A stretch of 64,000 nt of DNA, taken from UHGV virus genome UHGV-0343432; one strand, given 5' to 3'. This DNA is from a virus. The first letter of the stretch is position 1, and each line of letters opens with the position of its first letter. Positions 26,530 to 36,637 of this stretch are shown one piece after another. The notes beneath the pieces were generated by a model. It was given only the letters and a program-made list of their open reading frames with translations. It ran no database searches and had not been told where the DNA came from. The position numbers and the translations under genes were made by a program.

Positions 26530-26928
26530 CTATTTGTTAGATTTATAATACTTTTTAATTAACTCTTTTAACCTATCTGAATCCAGGTTTAAATCCTGTC
26601 TCAATTTAGCTTTAATCTTTAATTTCGAATAGCCCTTTGATTTGTACTTCTCAATCAACCTCTTTGCTTCCTTAGCATCTTTCTCATTTAAATACTTGGC
26701 TTCATCCAAATCTTTAAAATCTTTCTCCTTTGCTAAGAGCTCTCGTTGAATTTTGTTATTTTGCATCTGAGCTATGGCACATATTTCAATATCCCCACAT
26801 ATCTTACAATCCTTATCCCGTGGGTCATATTGTGTCCCGAAACATGGGTCATCTGGAGTACCTATCTTGCTCAAATCTATAGGTTTAGATAAATCAATGG
26901 TTTCCTCTGGTTTTTTCTTCTTTGCCAT
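26530..26928 (-). CDS. Cys-rich small protein (putative zinc-binding) with a K-rich tail
   Basis: DPCFGTQYDPRDKDCKICGDIEIC cysteine cluster. Confidence 0.45.
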   Translation of the reverse strand: MAKKKKPEETIDLSKPIDLSKIGTPDDPCFGTQYDPRDKDCKICGDIEICAIAQMQNNKIQRELLAKEKDFKDLDEAKYLNEKDAKEAKRLIEKYKSKGYSKLKIKAKLRQDLNLDSDRLKELIKKYYKSNK

Positions 26929-26944
26929 GTCTTGTTAATTTTTA

Positions 26945-28363
26945 CTATAATAGTTTTCCCTTGTAATCTTCAATTACATTGAGCCCCTCATCCTTGTAAT
27001 ATTTAAGCCTGTGTTTTGAATGTCTTTTCAGGTAAGTTCCTTCATCAAAGAAGTCATCAAAGTAGGTTACTTTCTTAGATTCATGAGAACGAAGAGCCCT
27101 ACCCAGTAACTGGAGTGCCTGTATAGCTGAGTCTCCAGATGCTAGGTTTTGCATATATTGGATTAAGGGCATATTCTGGCCAACCTTAATGATGAGTGAC
27201 GCTATGAGAATATTGGTCTCACCTCTCTTGAACCTATCAAGCTTCTCTTTCCTGTCAGATACGTTGTGATGTATATACTCTATCTTTAGATAAGGGAATT
27301 CTTTCTTATACCTTTCGTATGTTTCCTCTACCTGAGCTATATACTTACATACTACCAAGATAGGTATATGTCCTTCTCTCACGTGATATTTAGCAGCATC
27401 TATAGCCCTGTCTAACCTTTCCACTCCATAGGTGATAGCAGCATCAAATTCTGATTTATAGTCAGAAGCTCCAACTGGTTTGGTATTCCCCTTTCTCATC
27501 GTAATAATGATGTTAGAAGATACTCCCATCTCCACTAATTCCTTGTTCTTTATCACGAACGTTTCCTGCCCAAAGAAAGATTCGACAGTGATGTTCTTTA
27601 CCTTATCCTTGTGTCTTAATGCAGTACCACTCAAACCAACTCTAATGGGGATTAGGTATAGCTTATTTAATACCTTTCTAGCGGTTTTACTCGTAGCAAG
27701 ATGACATTCATCATATATGAGTACATTGTATTGACTTAGATACTTCCAATAATTCTCTATATTTCTCACCAGAGTGGGCAACATACATACCATGATGTCA
27801 CCCCATTGAACTTCTTTCCCCTGCATATAACCCCAACTATCAAACATATCTGGTAAGTCATCCTTGAATTGGTTATATAGCTCGGTACCATTCACGATAA
27901 CTAAGGATTTAGCCTTATACACTGAAGCATGGATTAGCCCAGCTATTAAAGTTTTCCCAGCATTCGTTGCTGCTCCCACTATACCTCTCGGGAATGGTAC
28001 TCCCCCACATGAGTTTTTAAGTATACTCCATGCTGCCTTTCTCTGGTAAGGTCTTCTCTTCAAATCTCCAATATGAACTGGCATAGCTTGGATTTGTGGT
28101 AGATTCCTGTTATCCTCTATATCATAGGGTACTCCATGATTCTCAATCCACTCTATCACTCTGGGTAATAGGCCAGTCTCACAATAACCCCTATCACTTA
28201 CCATGTGTACTAAACCATCCCAACCATGTGGCATACTCGCTCTCATGTAAAAAGCTTGTGGGTGCCGGAAGGATAACTCCTTATAAAGTTTTTGGAGGAC
28301 TTTTATATCCCCCTCCACTTTAAACTTATTGTTATTCAGTTTGATTGTTACCATTTGTCCCAC
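26945..28363 (-). CDS. SF2 DNA/RNA helicase (DExH-box, UvsW-like position)
   Basis: Walker A at GAATNAGKT. DECH box at LIYDECH. Motif III at LSGT. Motif VI at QALQLLGRALR. Confidence 0.7.
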   Translation of the reverse strand: MGQMVTIKLNNNKFKVEGDIKVLQKLYKELSFRHPQAFYMRASMPHGWDGLVHMVSDRGYCETGLLPRVIEWIENHGVPYDIEDNRNLPQIQAMPVHIGDLKRRPYQRKAAWSILKNSCGGVPFPRGIVGAATNAGKTLIAGLIHASVYKAKSLVIVNGTELYNQFKDDLPDMFDSWGYMQGKEVQWGDIMVCMLPTLVRNIENYWKYLSQYNVLIYDECHLATSKTARKVLNKLYLIPIRVGLSGTALRHKDKVKNITVESFFGQETFVIKNKELVEMGVSSNIIITMRKGNTKPVGASDYKSEFDAAITYGVERLDRAIDAAKYHVREGHIPILVVCKYIAQVEETYERYKKEFPYLKIEYIHHNVSDRKEKLDRFKRGETNILIASLIIKVGQNMPLIQYMQNLASGDSAIQALQLLGRALRSHESKKVTYFDDFFDEGTYLKRHSKHRLKYYKDEGLNVIEDYKGKLL

Positions 28364-28587
28364 TCTTTAATAGCAATGATTACCAAGAAAAAACCAATAC
28401 AGGTTATGGTCAAGGCAGGTGGTACCCATATAGGTGATAAACAGGTACCATAAGAAATGTCTTCATAACCTAACCCGAAATACTTTACCAAGGTTAAAAA
28501 TAACCCCATTACTATACAGGTAGAATACGTTACTACCATAAATTTTAGGAACCAGTTCCTACTCTTTCTGTCTTCATTCTTCTCCAT
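28348..28587 (-). CDS. small membrane protein
   Basis: 79 aa with two hydrophobic segments. Confidence 0.35.
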   Translation of the reverse strand: MEKNEDRKSRNWFLKFMVVTYSTCIVMGLFLTLVKYFGLGYEDISYGTCLSPIWVPPALTITCIGFFLVIIAIKEWDKW

Positions 28588-29452
28588 TATCTAGTGATTT
28601 TAATCTATCCAAGTTTAACCATGACATTGATTTAGGTTTCTTAGCACTCACCCCATTCTTCTTCATATACCTGTATAACCTTTCCACTGCCTTATCTCCA
28701 ACAAACTGGGATGGAAAAGGTATACCTCCTGTAAACGCTAACCCATCAAACTGAGCGTTCATATATAGCTCTGGTTTTACTTTCACCTCTGCAATATATT
28801 CAGCTGCTTTCACGAACCATATCTTTGATTCTGGTTTCTTTGAGACATCATCCACAATCCCTGTACTATCTAATACAGCCTTGTTATATATCTTGCAAAG
28901 AGTGTCAGTTATATCTTTATTCTTATCTTGTTTCTCAGCCTGTAAAGCTTCATACTCAGTACATATCCTGGAATGTAATGGTAAGAATTTATTTAACCCG
29001 TACACTCTCATCATCTTCAATCCCAGTGTACAGTACTGTATAAATGCTTCTCTGTTATCTAATTCAAAATCCTCAGCGAAGTCAACCGCATTAGAGGCTA
29101 CATCTTTTAGTGTTGCCCATTCCTTACTTGTAGAAGTAATCAGGTTTATACCTCTATGCTTCATCTGTTTCCTTACCTTAAAAAGTATGGATGCAAATAG
29201 AACTGCACTATCCTTGGATGTTAAGGTTACCTTCTCCACCTTCTCTTGTATCTTCTTATTGCTAACTACTACTGCTCTATTTGATATCGAGTAGGGGCTG
29301 GCAAATTTTAATAATTGGTCAACTAGATTTTCTTTATTTGTGTTAATTGTAATTACTCCTTGCTTTTGTAATTTTTCTACTACTAAGAGCAAATTACTCT
29401 TCCTAATGTGGATGCTCGGTTCATTTCTTGAGGATACTGTATTTTCTTCCAT
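28574..29452 (-). CDS. hypothetical replication-module protein
   Basis: 292-aa ORF between the helicase and the primase. No motif recognised. Confidence 0.5.
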   Translation of the reverse strand: MEENTVSSRNEPSIHIRKSNLLLVVEKLQKQGVITINTNKENLVDQLLKFASPYSISNRAVVVSNKKIQEKVEKVTLTSKDSAVLFASILFKVRKQMKHRGINLITSTSKEWATLKDVASNAVDFAEDFELDNREAFIQYCTLGLKMMRVYGLNKFLPLHSRICTEYEALQAEKQDKNKDITDTLCKIYNKAVLDSTGIVDDVSKKPESKIWFVKAAEYIAEVKVKPELYMNAQFDGLAFTGGIPFPSQFVGDKAVERLYRYMKKNGVSAKKPKSMSWLNLDRLKSLDNGEE

Positions 29453-30434
29453 GATTAATTGCCATTTTATAATTAATGAGTTCTCCGTAAGTTAAGAATT
29501 TATGCTTCCTTATCCTCCGTATGGTTTCTTTTTTACCAAGGTCATTTACATCTAAATAAGTCCCATTCGATTTCTTATCTTCCCAATACACTACCCTCAC
29601 TTTCTTAAAGTTCACCAACTTTAATGCAAGGTTAACACTCTCCACTAAAGCATCTGGGTCAAGTAGTAAATCTATAGCCTCGACTGGAGAAGAAAGTATA
29701 GTGTTAATCTGCCACTCAGTTAGTAATTTCCCAGCTGTAGCTATGGCAGAATCTCCTATTGTCTCAGCGTTGAAAGCCCCCTCACATAATTGAACCCTCT
29801 TATATAGGTATAGAGCTTCCATATTATATATCACGTATGCTTTCCCTAACCCTGTCTCATTCGCTACTGGGTTTTTGTATTTGGTTGTTCCAGCTCCCAT
29901 CACTTTCCTAGCATTAAAATATACCAACTGGTCATGCATGATATAGGGGATTATTACATAGCCCTTGTATGGTCCTGTATCACAATAACCAAATCCCTTT
30001 TGAGATAGAGCTGCAATGGAGAATCCCCTATTCTTAAGGTATTGTCTACATACCTTGGCTATATGATTGGTACCGAATATAATGTTATGGTACCCCTCTG
30101 GGAGTTCTAAGCCCTTTACTTTATTATTTATCTTTAGCTCTGACTCTGGTACCTTAACATCAAGGAAGTCCCAATCACCAGAAAAAACCTGTTCCCAGGC
30201 TTTTTTCTCAGTTTCAGAATTGGTTAACTCCATGATGGCTTGTATTGGTGGTTTATCATACCCACACCTAAAGCAATGTGTGTTGCCTGTTAAGGGTTTT
30301 ACTCCAAACTTCCCCACTGCTCCACAAAATGGACAGTTACAATTTATCCAACCCCTAGACTTAGGTACTGCATGAAGGTTATGTATAAACCACCCATATA
30401 AATATTTTACTGTTCTCTTACTATACCTCGCCAT
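29421..30434 (-). CDS. DnaG-type DNA primase (CHC2 zinc finger + Toprim)
   Basis: Zinc finger at NCPFCGAVGKFGVKPLTGNTHCFRCGYD. Toprim glutamate at CEGAFNAETIGD and DxD at LLLDPDAL. Confidence 0.7.
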   Translation of the reverse strand: MARYSKRTVKYLYGWFIHNLHAVPKSRGWINCNCPFCGAVGKFGVKPLTGNTHCFRCGYDKPPIQAIMELTNSETEKKAWEQVFSGDWDFLDVKVPESELKINNKVKGLELPEGYHNIIFGTNHIAKVCRQYLKNRGFSIAALSQKGFGYCDTGPYKGYVIIPYIMHDQLVYFNARKVMGAGTTKYKNPVANETGLGKAYVIYNMEALYLYKRVQLCEGAFNAETIGDSAIATAGKLLTEWQINTILSSPVEAIDLLLDPDALVESVNLALKLVNFKKVRVVYWEDKKSNGTYLDVNDLGKKETIRRIRKHKFLTYGELINYKMAINHGRKYSILKK

Positions 30435-30969
30435 AATGTGTATAACTTAATACTCGATATATAGTTCTTTTAGACACCCCGAATCTTTTGGCTAACTCTT
30501 TTCTTTGTAACCCAGATTCCCTTATGAACTTTACTTCTTCTCTTGTCAATTTACTATTAGGATGTTTTACTCCCTTCTTTGGGAATATACCATCTTCTAT
30601 AGCCTGGTGTATGTTCTCTTTTTGAGTTCCCCAGTATAAGTTATCTAAGCTTAAATTCATGGGGTTATTATCTCTGTGACAAACATACTCTTTCCCATCT
30701 GGGTTAGGTATATATGTTATGGCTAATAACCTATAAAGAGATTTTAACCTGTTATATACATTTACATAAGGCCTATAAATTTTTACACCGGCTGAAGTCA
30801 CATTACTCAACTTCTTTACCAATGCTACTCTAACCCAATTACCCGATCTGTTAGAATATACTTTAGCATCCCTAGTTATCCTGTAATTAGGATAACCTGG
30901 AATAACCTCACCATATTTCTTACAAATCTCCTGCATTATTTTTTCCTTCTGATTCTCCAGTTTCTTCAT
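30421..30969 (-). mobile_element. free-standing HNH homing endonuclease between the primase and helicase genes
   Basis: HNH motifs YVCHRDNNPMNLSLDNLYWGTQKENIHQA. C-terminal HTH at LTREEVKFIRESGLQRKELAKRFGVSKRTIYRVL. Overlaps both flanking genes. Confidence 0.65.
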
Positions 30970-32320
30970 CCATCAAATAACTTTCGAATTGTTTATTAAA
31001 TTCCATTGCCTGTTCTTTATTCAGTTCTCTAAACTTTTGCCTGTCCATATCCACATTAAATATAGCTCTCCCTCTAGGTACCCCATCACGATGTTCTATA
31101 ATCTCTAGCCTTTGTAGCCCAGATTCCTCCTCCTCTTGGGTACGATTTAAACCAAAAGCCGCGTTCACGTGTCTTATCACGTCGATTGCACCCGCTATAT
31201 CTTCTCCAACATACCTTGACCTCTCATGTTTAGCTCCGGTACGAGTAACATGGTTAGCTGACCAGTGTATCTCTATATTATGTTTGAGCATAACATTAGA
31301 TATGTCTGTGTATGCTTCTGATATACGTTCTGATAGAGCTTCTTTCCCAGTGTTAGAACCCATCTTACCCATGTAATCAGTGATTAATACATTGGGATAG
31401 AATCCAAAGTTCTCCTCAAGTTCACAGATTAATTTATCTACAGAGTTACCATTTGTTATTAACGCGGGCATACGCCTAACAACAACCTCTCCACCTAACC
31501 TTTTATACTTTCTAAAGGTTTTCTTCACATCTCTATCGTAATCTCCAGAAAGGATTTCCATTTTGGTTTTGTTACTCATACACTGTTCCAGACGAGCCAT
31601 GTATTCTTCTTCACCATTCTCAAGATCAACCACCAAAACCTTCTTCCCCATTTTAAGATATCCCACTATCACGTTAACAAGGAAAGCCGTTTTCTTTTTC
31701 TTTGGCCTATCCACTATTACTATGGTGGCTCCCTTTGGATACCCACCTGCATTGGTTAACTTGTTAATTTGCCTGAATGGTGTTGGGAATATAGTTTGTA
31801 CATCCCTTCTCATTAATTGTCTATCAGACAAACCCCCAATAAGAAAGGACCTTGTTAGGTCCTCTACTATTACTCTTGGTGATATTGCTTTACTTACTTT
31901 CTCTGAGAAGTTATGGTATTTATTGAAATCAAGGATATCCATATTCTCAATGGTATCCTTCAAATCTAAATACTGGGCGAATTTCTCTGTTTGATTTACT
32001 ATATACTCGGGATCTTTAATCGCTCCCTTGAATAAATCTCTGGCTAAATCCCTCACGTTATTTAACTCAGATTCCAATAAAGAAGAAGTTACAGATGTAT
32101 CCTGTAAAGTCTTTCTCAACTCCTCCATGTAAACTGCTTTCCCGGGAACTTTCCTGAATGACTTGTAGTAATCTTTTATGACCTTTGCCAGGATAGCGTG
32201 CTCAATCAAAGTGAAATACTCCTCTGAGTACAAGTTAACTATCTTGTATCCCTCTGGATGCTGCAAAGTGTATTTTAATATCTCGAACTGAAAGTCTGTA
32301 TCAAACTCAAACTTAGCCAT
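30920..32320 (-). CDS. DnaB-family replicative helicase with a non-canonical Walker A (KKT)
   Basis: A DnaB N-domain-like helix bundle, then GATIVIVDRPKKKKTAFLVNVIV (DnaB: LIIVAARPSMGKTAFALN). H2 motif at VLITDYMGKM. The C-terminus has RecA-like motifs. Confidence 0.6.
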   Translation of the reverse strand: MAKFEFDTDFQFEILKYTLQHPEGYKIVNLYSEEYFTLIEHAILAKVIKDYYKSFRKVPGKAVYMEELRKTLQDTSVTSSLLESELNNVRDLARDLFKGAIKDPEYIVNQTEKFAQYLDLKDTIENMDILDFNKYHNFSEKVSKAISPRVIVEDLTRSFLIGGLSDRQLMRRDVQTIFPTPFRQINKLTNAGGYPKGATIVIVDRPKKKKTAFLVNVIVGYLKMGKKVLVVDLENGEEEYMARLEQCMSNKTKMEILSGDYDRDVKKTFRKYKRLGGEVVVRRMPALITNGNSVDKLICELEENFGFYPNVLITDYMGKMGSNTGKEALSERISEAYTDISNVMLKHNIEIHWSANHVTRTGAKHERSRYVGEDIAGAIDVIRHVNAAFGLNRTQEEEESGLQRLEIIEHRDGVPRGRAIFNVDMDRQKFRELNKEQAMEFNKQFESYLMDEETGESEGKNNAGDL

Positions 32321-32399
32321 ACATATTTTATGTTTGTTATATTAACCATTAGTTCCCCTTGTTAATTAAGCACTTAGGGCATAATTTATAATCTAATAG

Positions 32400-32460
32400 C
32401 ATATTTTGTGCCTTAGATTGTCAACTTATTAAATATTTATATTTATATTTGCACTACCAA
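32400..32460 (+). promoter_or_regulatory. plus-strand promoter of the sigma-like gene within the divergent regulatory region 32321..32482
   Basis: TATATTTGCAC at 32444..32454 is the same -7 element as the minus-strand cassettes but in plus orientation, 29 nt before the ATG at 32483. Confidence 0.5.
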
Positions 32461-32482
32461 ACTATATAATAAAATCAGAGAT

Positions 32483-33121
32483 ATGGAAATTCACAGGCTA
32501 AAGGAAATGCAAGATGACTACGATGAAGAGTTATTCAACAAAATCTACAAGGATTGCAGTAAACTTATGGACAAACTCACTTTTGGTATTAACCCCCTCT
32601 ACTATGGAGTTACAACAGATATTATCCGGAGCTGGTTTGATGATAAGTTTATTTATGTTTATAATAAGTATTATGGTGAGATGTCGGATAAATCGCTCAA
32701 GTCACATATCATCAAGGCATTGCAACAATTCAGATGCAGGATTCTCAGAGGAGCATACACCCAACATTCTGAAAAGAATATTGAGATGGTTCGGTTAGAT
32801 GATGAAGAGTATCAGAGATATAACATGGATGTTATAGATGAGATAGAACCAGAAGTTGATGAAGAGCTCCTCTCTAAAATCAAGGACTTCATGAAACAAA
32901 CATTAAGTGAGGATGCTTACTTCTTATTTAATTTACAACTCAACCCTCCCCCAATGGTTCTATCACATGACAAAGAATCCCAAGATGCTAAATGGGCAGC
33001 ATTCTTAAATCTCCCACAAGAAGAATCCACCTACATTTATTTTGATAAACTCCGAGAAGAGATACAAAGAGGGACCAAACGATGTAGGAACAAATTCAAG
33101 GACCAAGTAACTACAAAATAA
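32483..33121 (+). CDS. phage-encoded sigma-70-family (ECF-like) sigma factor candidate
   Basis: Region-2-like segments DEELFNKIYKDCSKLMDKL...DIIRSWFDDKFIYVYNKY...SLKSHIIKALQQFRCRILRG. Possible region 4 at AAFLNLPQEESTYIYFDKLREEI. The only plus-strand gene in the window. Confidence 0.45.
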   Translation: MEIHRLKEMQDDYDEELFNKIYKDCSKLMDKLTFGINPLYYGVTTDIIRSWFDDKFIYVYNKYYGEMSDKSLKSHIIKALQQFRCRILRGAYTQHSEKNIEMVRLDDEEYQRYNMDVIDEIEPEVDEELLSKIKDFMKQTLSEDAYFLFNLQLNPPPMVLSHDKESQDAKWAAFLNLPQEESTYIYFDKLREEIQRGTKRCRNKFKDQVTTK

Positions 33122-33150
33122 AAGGGAGAGGAATTAACCTCTCCCTTTCT
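33121..33150. terminator. bidirectional intrinsic terminator between convergent genes
   Basis: AAGGGAGAGG-aattaa-CCTCTCCCTT forms a perfect 10-bp stem. It is followed by TTATTTTGTAG on the minus strand and TCTTCTC on the plus strand. Confidence 0.7.
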
Positions 33151-33189
33151 TCTCACCATTAATTACCAAATATAATAAGAGAAAACACG

Positions 33190-35814
33190 TTAATAATTCT
33201 TTGGAGCATCTTGGTAAATTGTCCATGAATAACACCCAGCTCCCATCATTAATGGCATAGTTCCTTCCCAATTAAATACCCCATTATCTATATCATTAAT
33301 TATTACCTCATTCCTGTACCCATACCTTGACTCATTAAATCTACCATGGATATACCATTGTAACCCAGAACCTCCTCTTGAATCACAGAATTGAAGGTAT
33401 TTATCTCCTGCTACTGGAGGTATACATGGGTTAAACCAGTAACTTCCTGATGATGATGGACCACCCCAACATTGTACTGATAGCTGCATGTGGAGAACAT
33501 CATCTTTTACGAAGAGTCCCATACCATTACCCCAGGCATTTTTGTAAGCGTTATATGTATTACCCACTATATATTGTAACCTACCAACAGTTCCTCCAGA
33601 TTGTGGTGTTAGGATATTATAAGTATCTAGGCCAAACCCACCTTTACCAGTATTCATACCCAACGAGCTAAAAAGTAATTGGATTGGGCTTGCAAAACCA
33701 TTATCTACTAATACCCATTTCATAGACCCATTCCAATTCATAGCTTTAACTCTAACCCAGTCACCCACATATTTTAGGTATGGCCTATGTGGACCATTAT
33801 TAGCGCTACTCAAATCAAATGATGGGTCAACTATGGAATTAGGTAAAGCTATATGAAATAATAACCTTGTCCAGCCTTCTAGATATTGTTCTCTCGCCCA
33901 TAATGAGTTTGATATATTACCTATCAACTTGATTACCTTCTCATACCCCTCCATCTCTTCTGTAGGAGGGTCAAGCAACAAACAACTCCTATGGTTACCA
34001 TACCTTTGATTACCATTAGTTATATTACCTGACCACCCAAAATTATTTCTTGCTGCATCATATAACGGTTGGTAATCCAAGTAACTTATACCCACTGTGT
34101 TGCTAATTCTAATCCATTGGGTGTTACTACTATAGTCATGGATATTATTACCGTTTATTATCTCAGTTCCAGCCATTAACCCAGGTGTAACGTTAGCAGC
34201 AGGTACAGAACCCTTATTCCATGAATGTACTCTCCAGAACCCTTCTCCCTTTTGTTTAGAGGCTAGGATATACCCATTCACATATATGGGAAGTGATACT
34301 GTCTGGTCACCAGAACGTAATGCACCCACTCTAATATTTCTCCCATCCACTTTAGCTCCACCCTCTGTAGCCCCAAACGTGATAATGATAACCTGGTTGT
34401 GGTCATTCCGAGTATCTGTGGGTAATGTGACATTCCCTGATTTGGCAGTAGTGGCTCCAGAAGACCAAACCATGTTACTCAAATCTACTACCATGGCTTT
34501 GTATATATCAGCTGCAGGTAAAGCTGCTGAACTGGGAGAAGCTGGTAGGTTCAGAGTGGGCATGTATACCTTGAAGTCATTACTCTGATTTAGGTCATCA
34601 TACTTGGTTTGAAGTTCATTCTGAAGAGCTACAAGGTTTGTCCATATAGATTTCGTCTTTGCCACTGATGTCATGGCTGGCTCAGTTTGACTCCCGTTGA
34701 GTTTGTATCCCATTGTTGAGTAGATAGTACTCAAATCTTGAGCAAGTGGCCCATCTATGTAGTCATGTATGCCCTTCAAATCAGCATCTGTTTGTACTTC
34801 ATATCTCTTTAGCTCAGTGTCAAGGCTCAAGAGATTTTGCCAGATAGTTTTGGATATAGATATCCAGTTGATATTACTCGGGTTTTTGTCTGGGTAACCT
34901 ATCCTATTCCAAATCTTAGTATCTCCATCGTTCAGGTACTTCTTCAAAGCTACGAAGTTCTCCCATACCGTTTTCAGGGTATTCAGAACTGTTTCCCCCT
35001 CAGGTTGTTTTTCCGGGAACCCAAGTTTATCCCACAACTTCTTTAACTGGTCATCAATGATGTACAGGTTATACCACATCGTGTACACTGCATTAATGAA
35101 GTTGTAGGTGTTTGGTAACTCACCTGGATTAGCTGGATCCTCTGCACCTGTGTAGTTAGGTATACCCAGCTTAGCCAGCATGTTAAGGTCTACTCTGTCT
35201 TTCTCTTTTAACCAGTTATCCAAGTATTTGAGGATACTACCAAGCTCAGCGAATTTACCAAGTCCCCCTCTTACTCCAGCTGACTCCACATCATCTAATG
35301 ACAATTTATCTGATGACTTCATATCTGCGGAACCAGGAACTGCCCCCATTTGGTAGGTTCTTGCAGCTCCTGTTCCAGAGATACGGATTGTCATTAGAGG
35401 TGTGTCGTATTGATTTAATCTAGAGAGGTCAGATGAACTCTCAGCTGCTCTCAACGTGTATGTTATCTCAAACCTTACTGGTAGTGTTGTTCCCACGTAT
35501 GGTCTTTGATAGTAAGCTACCAAGATATATAACCCCTCTTTAGTCTCACCTGGAACATTCACGTTAATGGGTTGTTCCTCATGTACCAAAGTACCATACT
35601 TGTTCATATACACTCCAGTGGGTGCTGATACTTCCCAGTTCTCTAGGGTTTTCAAAATCCCCGTTTTATCATGAGATACTGTAAACCCAGTTGAGGTTTT
35701 AGCCAATGTATCAAAACCACAATAGATGCCTGGGTTTATTATCCCAAGCATCGCTTCCCTTAATTCATAAGATAGAACTAGGGCCCTATGATCTGTAAAT
35801 GTCTTTGCTGCCAT
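33190..35814 (-). CDS. tail fibre / side-fibre protein with four internal ~40-aa tandem repeats
   Basis: 874 aa. It is the last gene of the baseplate cluster. Repeats of the form TxWxNLxxLxxELxxx..D.L..IGYP occur four times: VYTMWYNLYIIDDQLKKLWDKLGFP, KTVWENFVALKKYLNDGDTKIWNRIGYP, KTIWQNLLSLDTELKRY and KSIWTNLVALQNELQTKY. Confidence 0.55.
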   Translation of the reverse strand: MAAKTFTDHRALVLSYELREAMLGIINPGIYCGFDTLAKTSTGFTVSHDKTGILKTLENWEVSAPTGVYMNKYGTLVHEEQPINVNVPGETKEGLYILVAYYQRPYVGTTLPVRFEITYTLRAAESSSDLSRLNQYDTPLMTIRISGTGAARTYQMGAVPGSADMKSSDKLSLDDVESAGVRGGLGKFAELGSILKYLDNWLKEKDRVDLNMLAKLGIPNYTGAEDPANPGELPNTYNFINAVYTMWYNLYIIDDQLKKLWDKLGFPEKQPEGETVLNTLKTVWENFVALKKYLNDGDTKIWNRIGYPDKNPSNINWISISKTIWQNLLSLDTELKRYEVQTDADLKGIHDYIDGPLAQDLSTIYSTMGYKLNGSQTEPAMTSVAKTKSIWTNLVALQNELQTKYDDLNQSNDFKVYMPTLNLPASPSSAALPAADIYKAMVVDLSNMVWSSGATTAKSGNVTLPTDTRNDHNQVIIITFGATEGGAKVDGRNIRVGALRSGDQTVSLPIYVNGYILASKQKGEGFWRVHSWNKGSVPAANVTPGLMAGTEIINGNNIHDYSSNTQWIRISNTVGISYLDYQPLYDAARNNFGWSGNITNGNQRYGNHRSCLLLDPPTEEMEGYEKVIKLIGNISNSLWAREQYLEGWTRLLFHIALPNSIVDPSFDLSSANNGPHRPYLKYVGDWVRVKAMNWNGSMKWVLVDNGFASPIQLLFSSLGMNTGKGGFGLDTYNILTPQSGGTVGRLQYIVGNTYNAYKNAWGNGMGLFVKDDVLHMQLSVQCWGGPSSSGSYWFNPCIPPVAGDKYLQFCDSRGGSGLQWYIHGRFNESRYGYRNEVIINDIDNGVFNWEGTMPLMMGAGCYSWTIYQDAPKNY

Positions 35815-35815
35815 A

Positions 35816-36637
35816 TTATTGATTTCTTGTGTCTGTGAATTGGTGTAGTACAGTGATGTAATTTGTTTCTCTTGTTTTGATGTAACGGAGTAACCTAGTC
35901 ACTAATCCTCTAGGCAGTGTAAACGTAATATCTAGCTTCACATTTACGGGCGTGAGATAATCTTCAATGACACTCGCTAGATTCTCCCTAAAATCTTCTG
36001 GGTATTCAGTATAGTCATTTCCAGGTACTACCGTAATATTTATTTGCTCGATAGCACAATCTGTACACCCATTACGATATTCCGAGTTATAATCATACCT
36101 GATACCATCCTTCCTATCCTGAGTGTAGAGAGTGTCATACCTTAACCCTACATCATACCTTGTTGTACTCTTCCTATAAGATTTGTGGTCCTCTGGTTTA
36201 ACTCTCAACCCAAACAATCCCAAGAACATGTTCAACCCATTAATGGTTCCCCTGTTCCTATGTATGTGTACTGCATAAGCAAGGTAGTCCTTGTATTGCT
36301 CATAAGTTTGGAAGGTCTCATATCTCACGTCTCCCCATAGCCAAGCTATGTAACGAAGTAATCCCAGATGGTCTACTTCTGGGATTTTATCTATATTCTG
36401 CGGGTCATTAAGATACTTTAACCCCTCAATCTTGGGAATTAACTTCTCATCCCAATCATTCATGAAAGCTTCTGTAAACCTCTCCAATGGTCCCGCATCT
36501 CCCATTTTCTCTTTTACCTCTTCAGATAATTGAGGTGAGAAGTTAGGGTCATTTTGGTCATTTTGTTTGAACCCACTTGGTAGGCTCTCCATAAACCAGT
36601 TAAGTTTATGGAGAATATTATCCCTAGATAGTTTCAT
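35816..36637 (-). CDS. baseplate assembly protein (gpI-like position)
   Basis: 273-aa ORF between the J-like gene and the fibre gene. Assigned by synteny only. Confidence 0.4.
   Translation of the reverse strand: MKLSRDNILHKLNWFMESLPSGFKQNDQNDPNFSPQLSEEVKEKMGDAGPLERFTEAFMNDWDEKLIPKIEGLKYLNDPQNIDKIPEVDHLGLLRYIAWLWGDVRYETFQTYEQYKDYLAYAVHIHRNRGTINGLNMFLGLFGLRVKPEDHKSYRKSTTRYDVGLRYDTLYTQDRKDGIRYDYNSEYRNGCTDCAIEQINITVVPGNDYTEYPEDFRENLASVIEDYLTPVNVKLDITFTLPRGLVTRLLRYIKTRETNYITVLHQFTDTRNQ

Noticed and set aside
26530-26928. The Cys-rich ORF could be a primase/helicase zinc-binding domain or a zinc-ribbon transcription factor.
   Set aside because: Only a CxxC...CxC cluster is visible. There are no further diagnostic residues, so it is left as a generic zinc-binding candidate.
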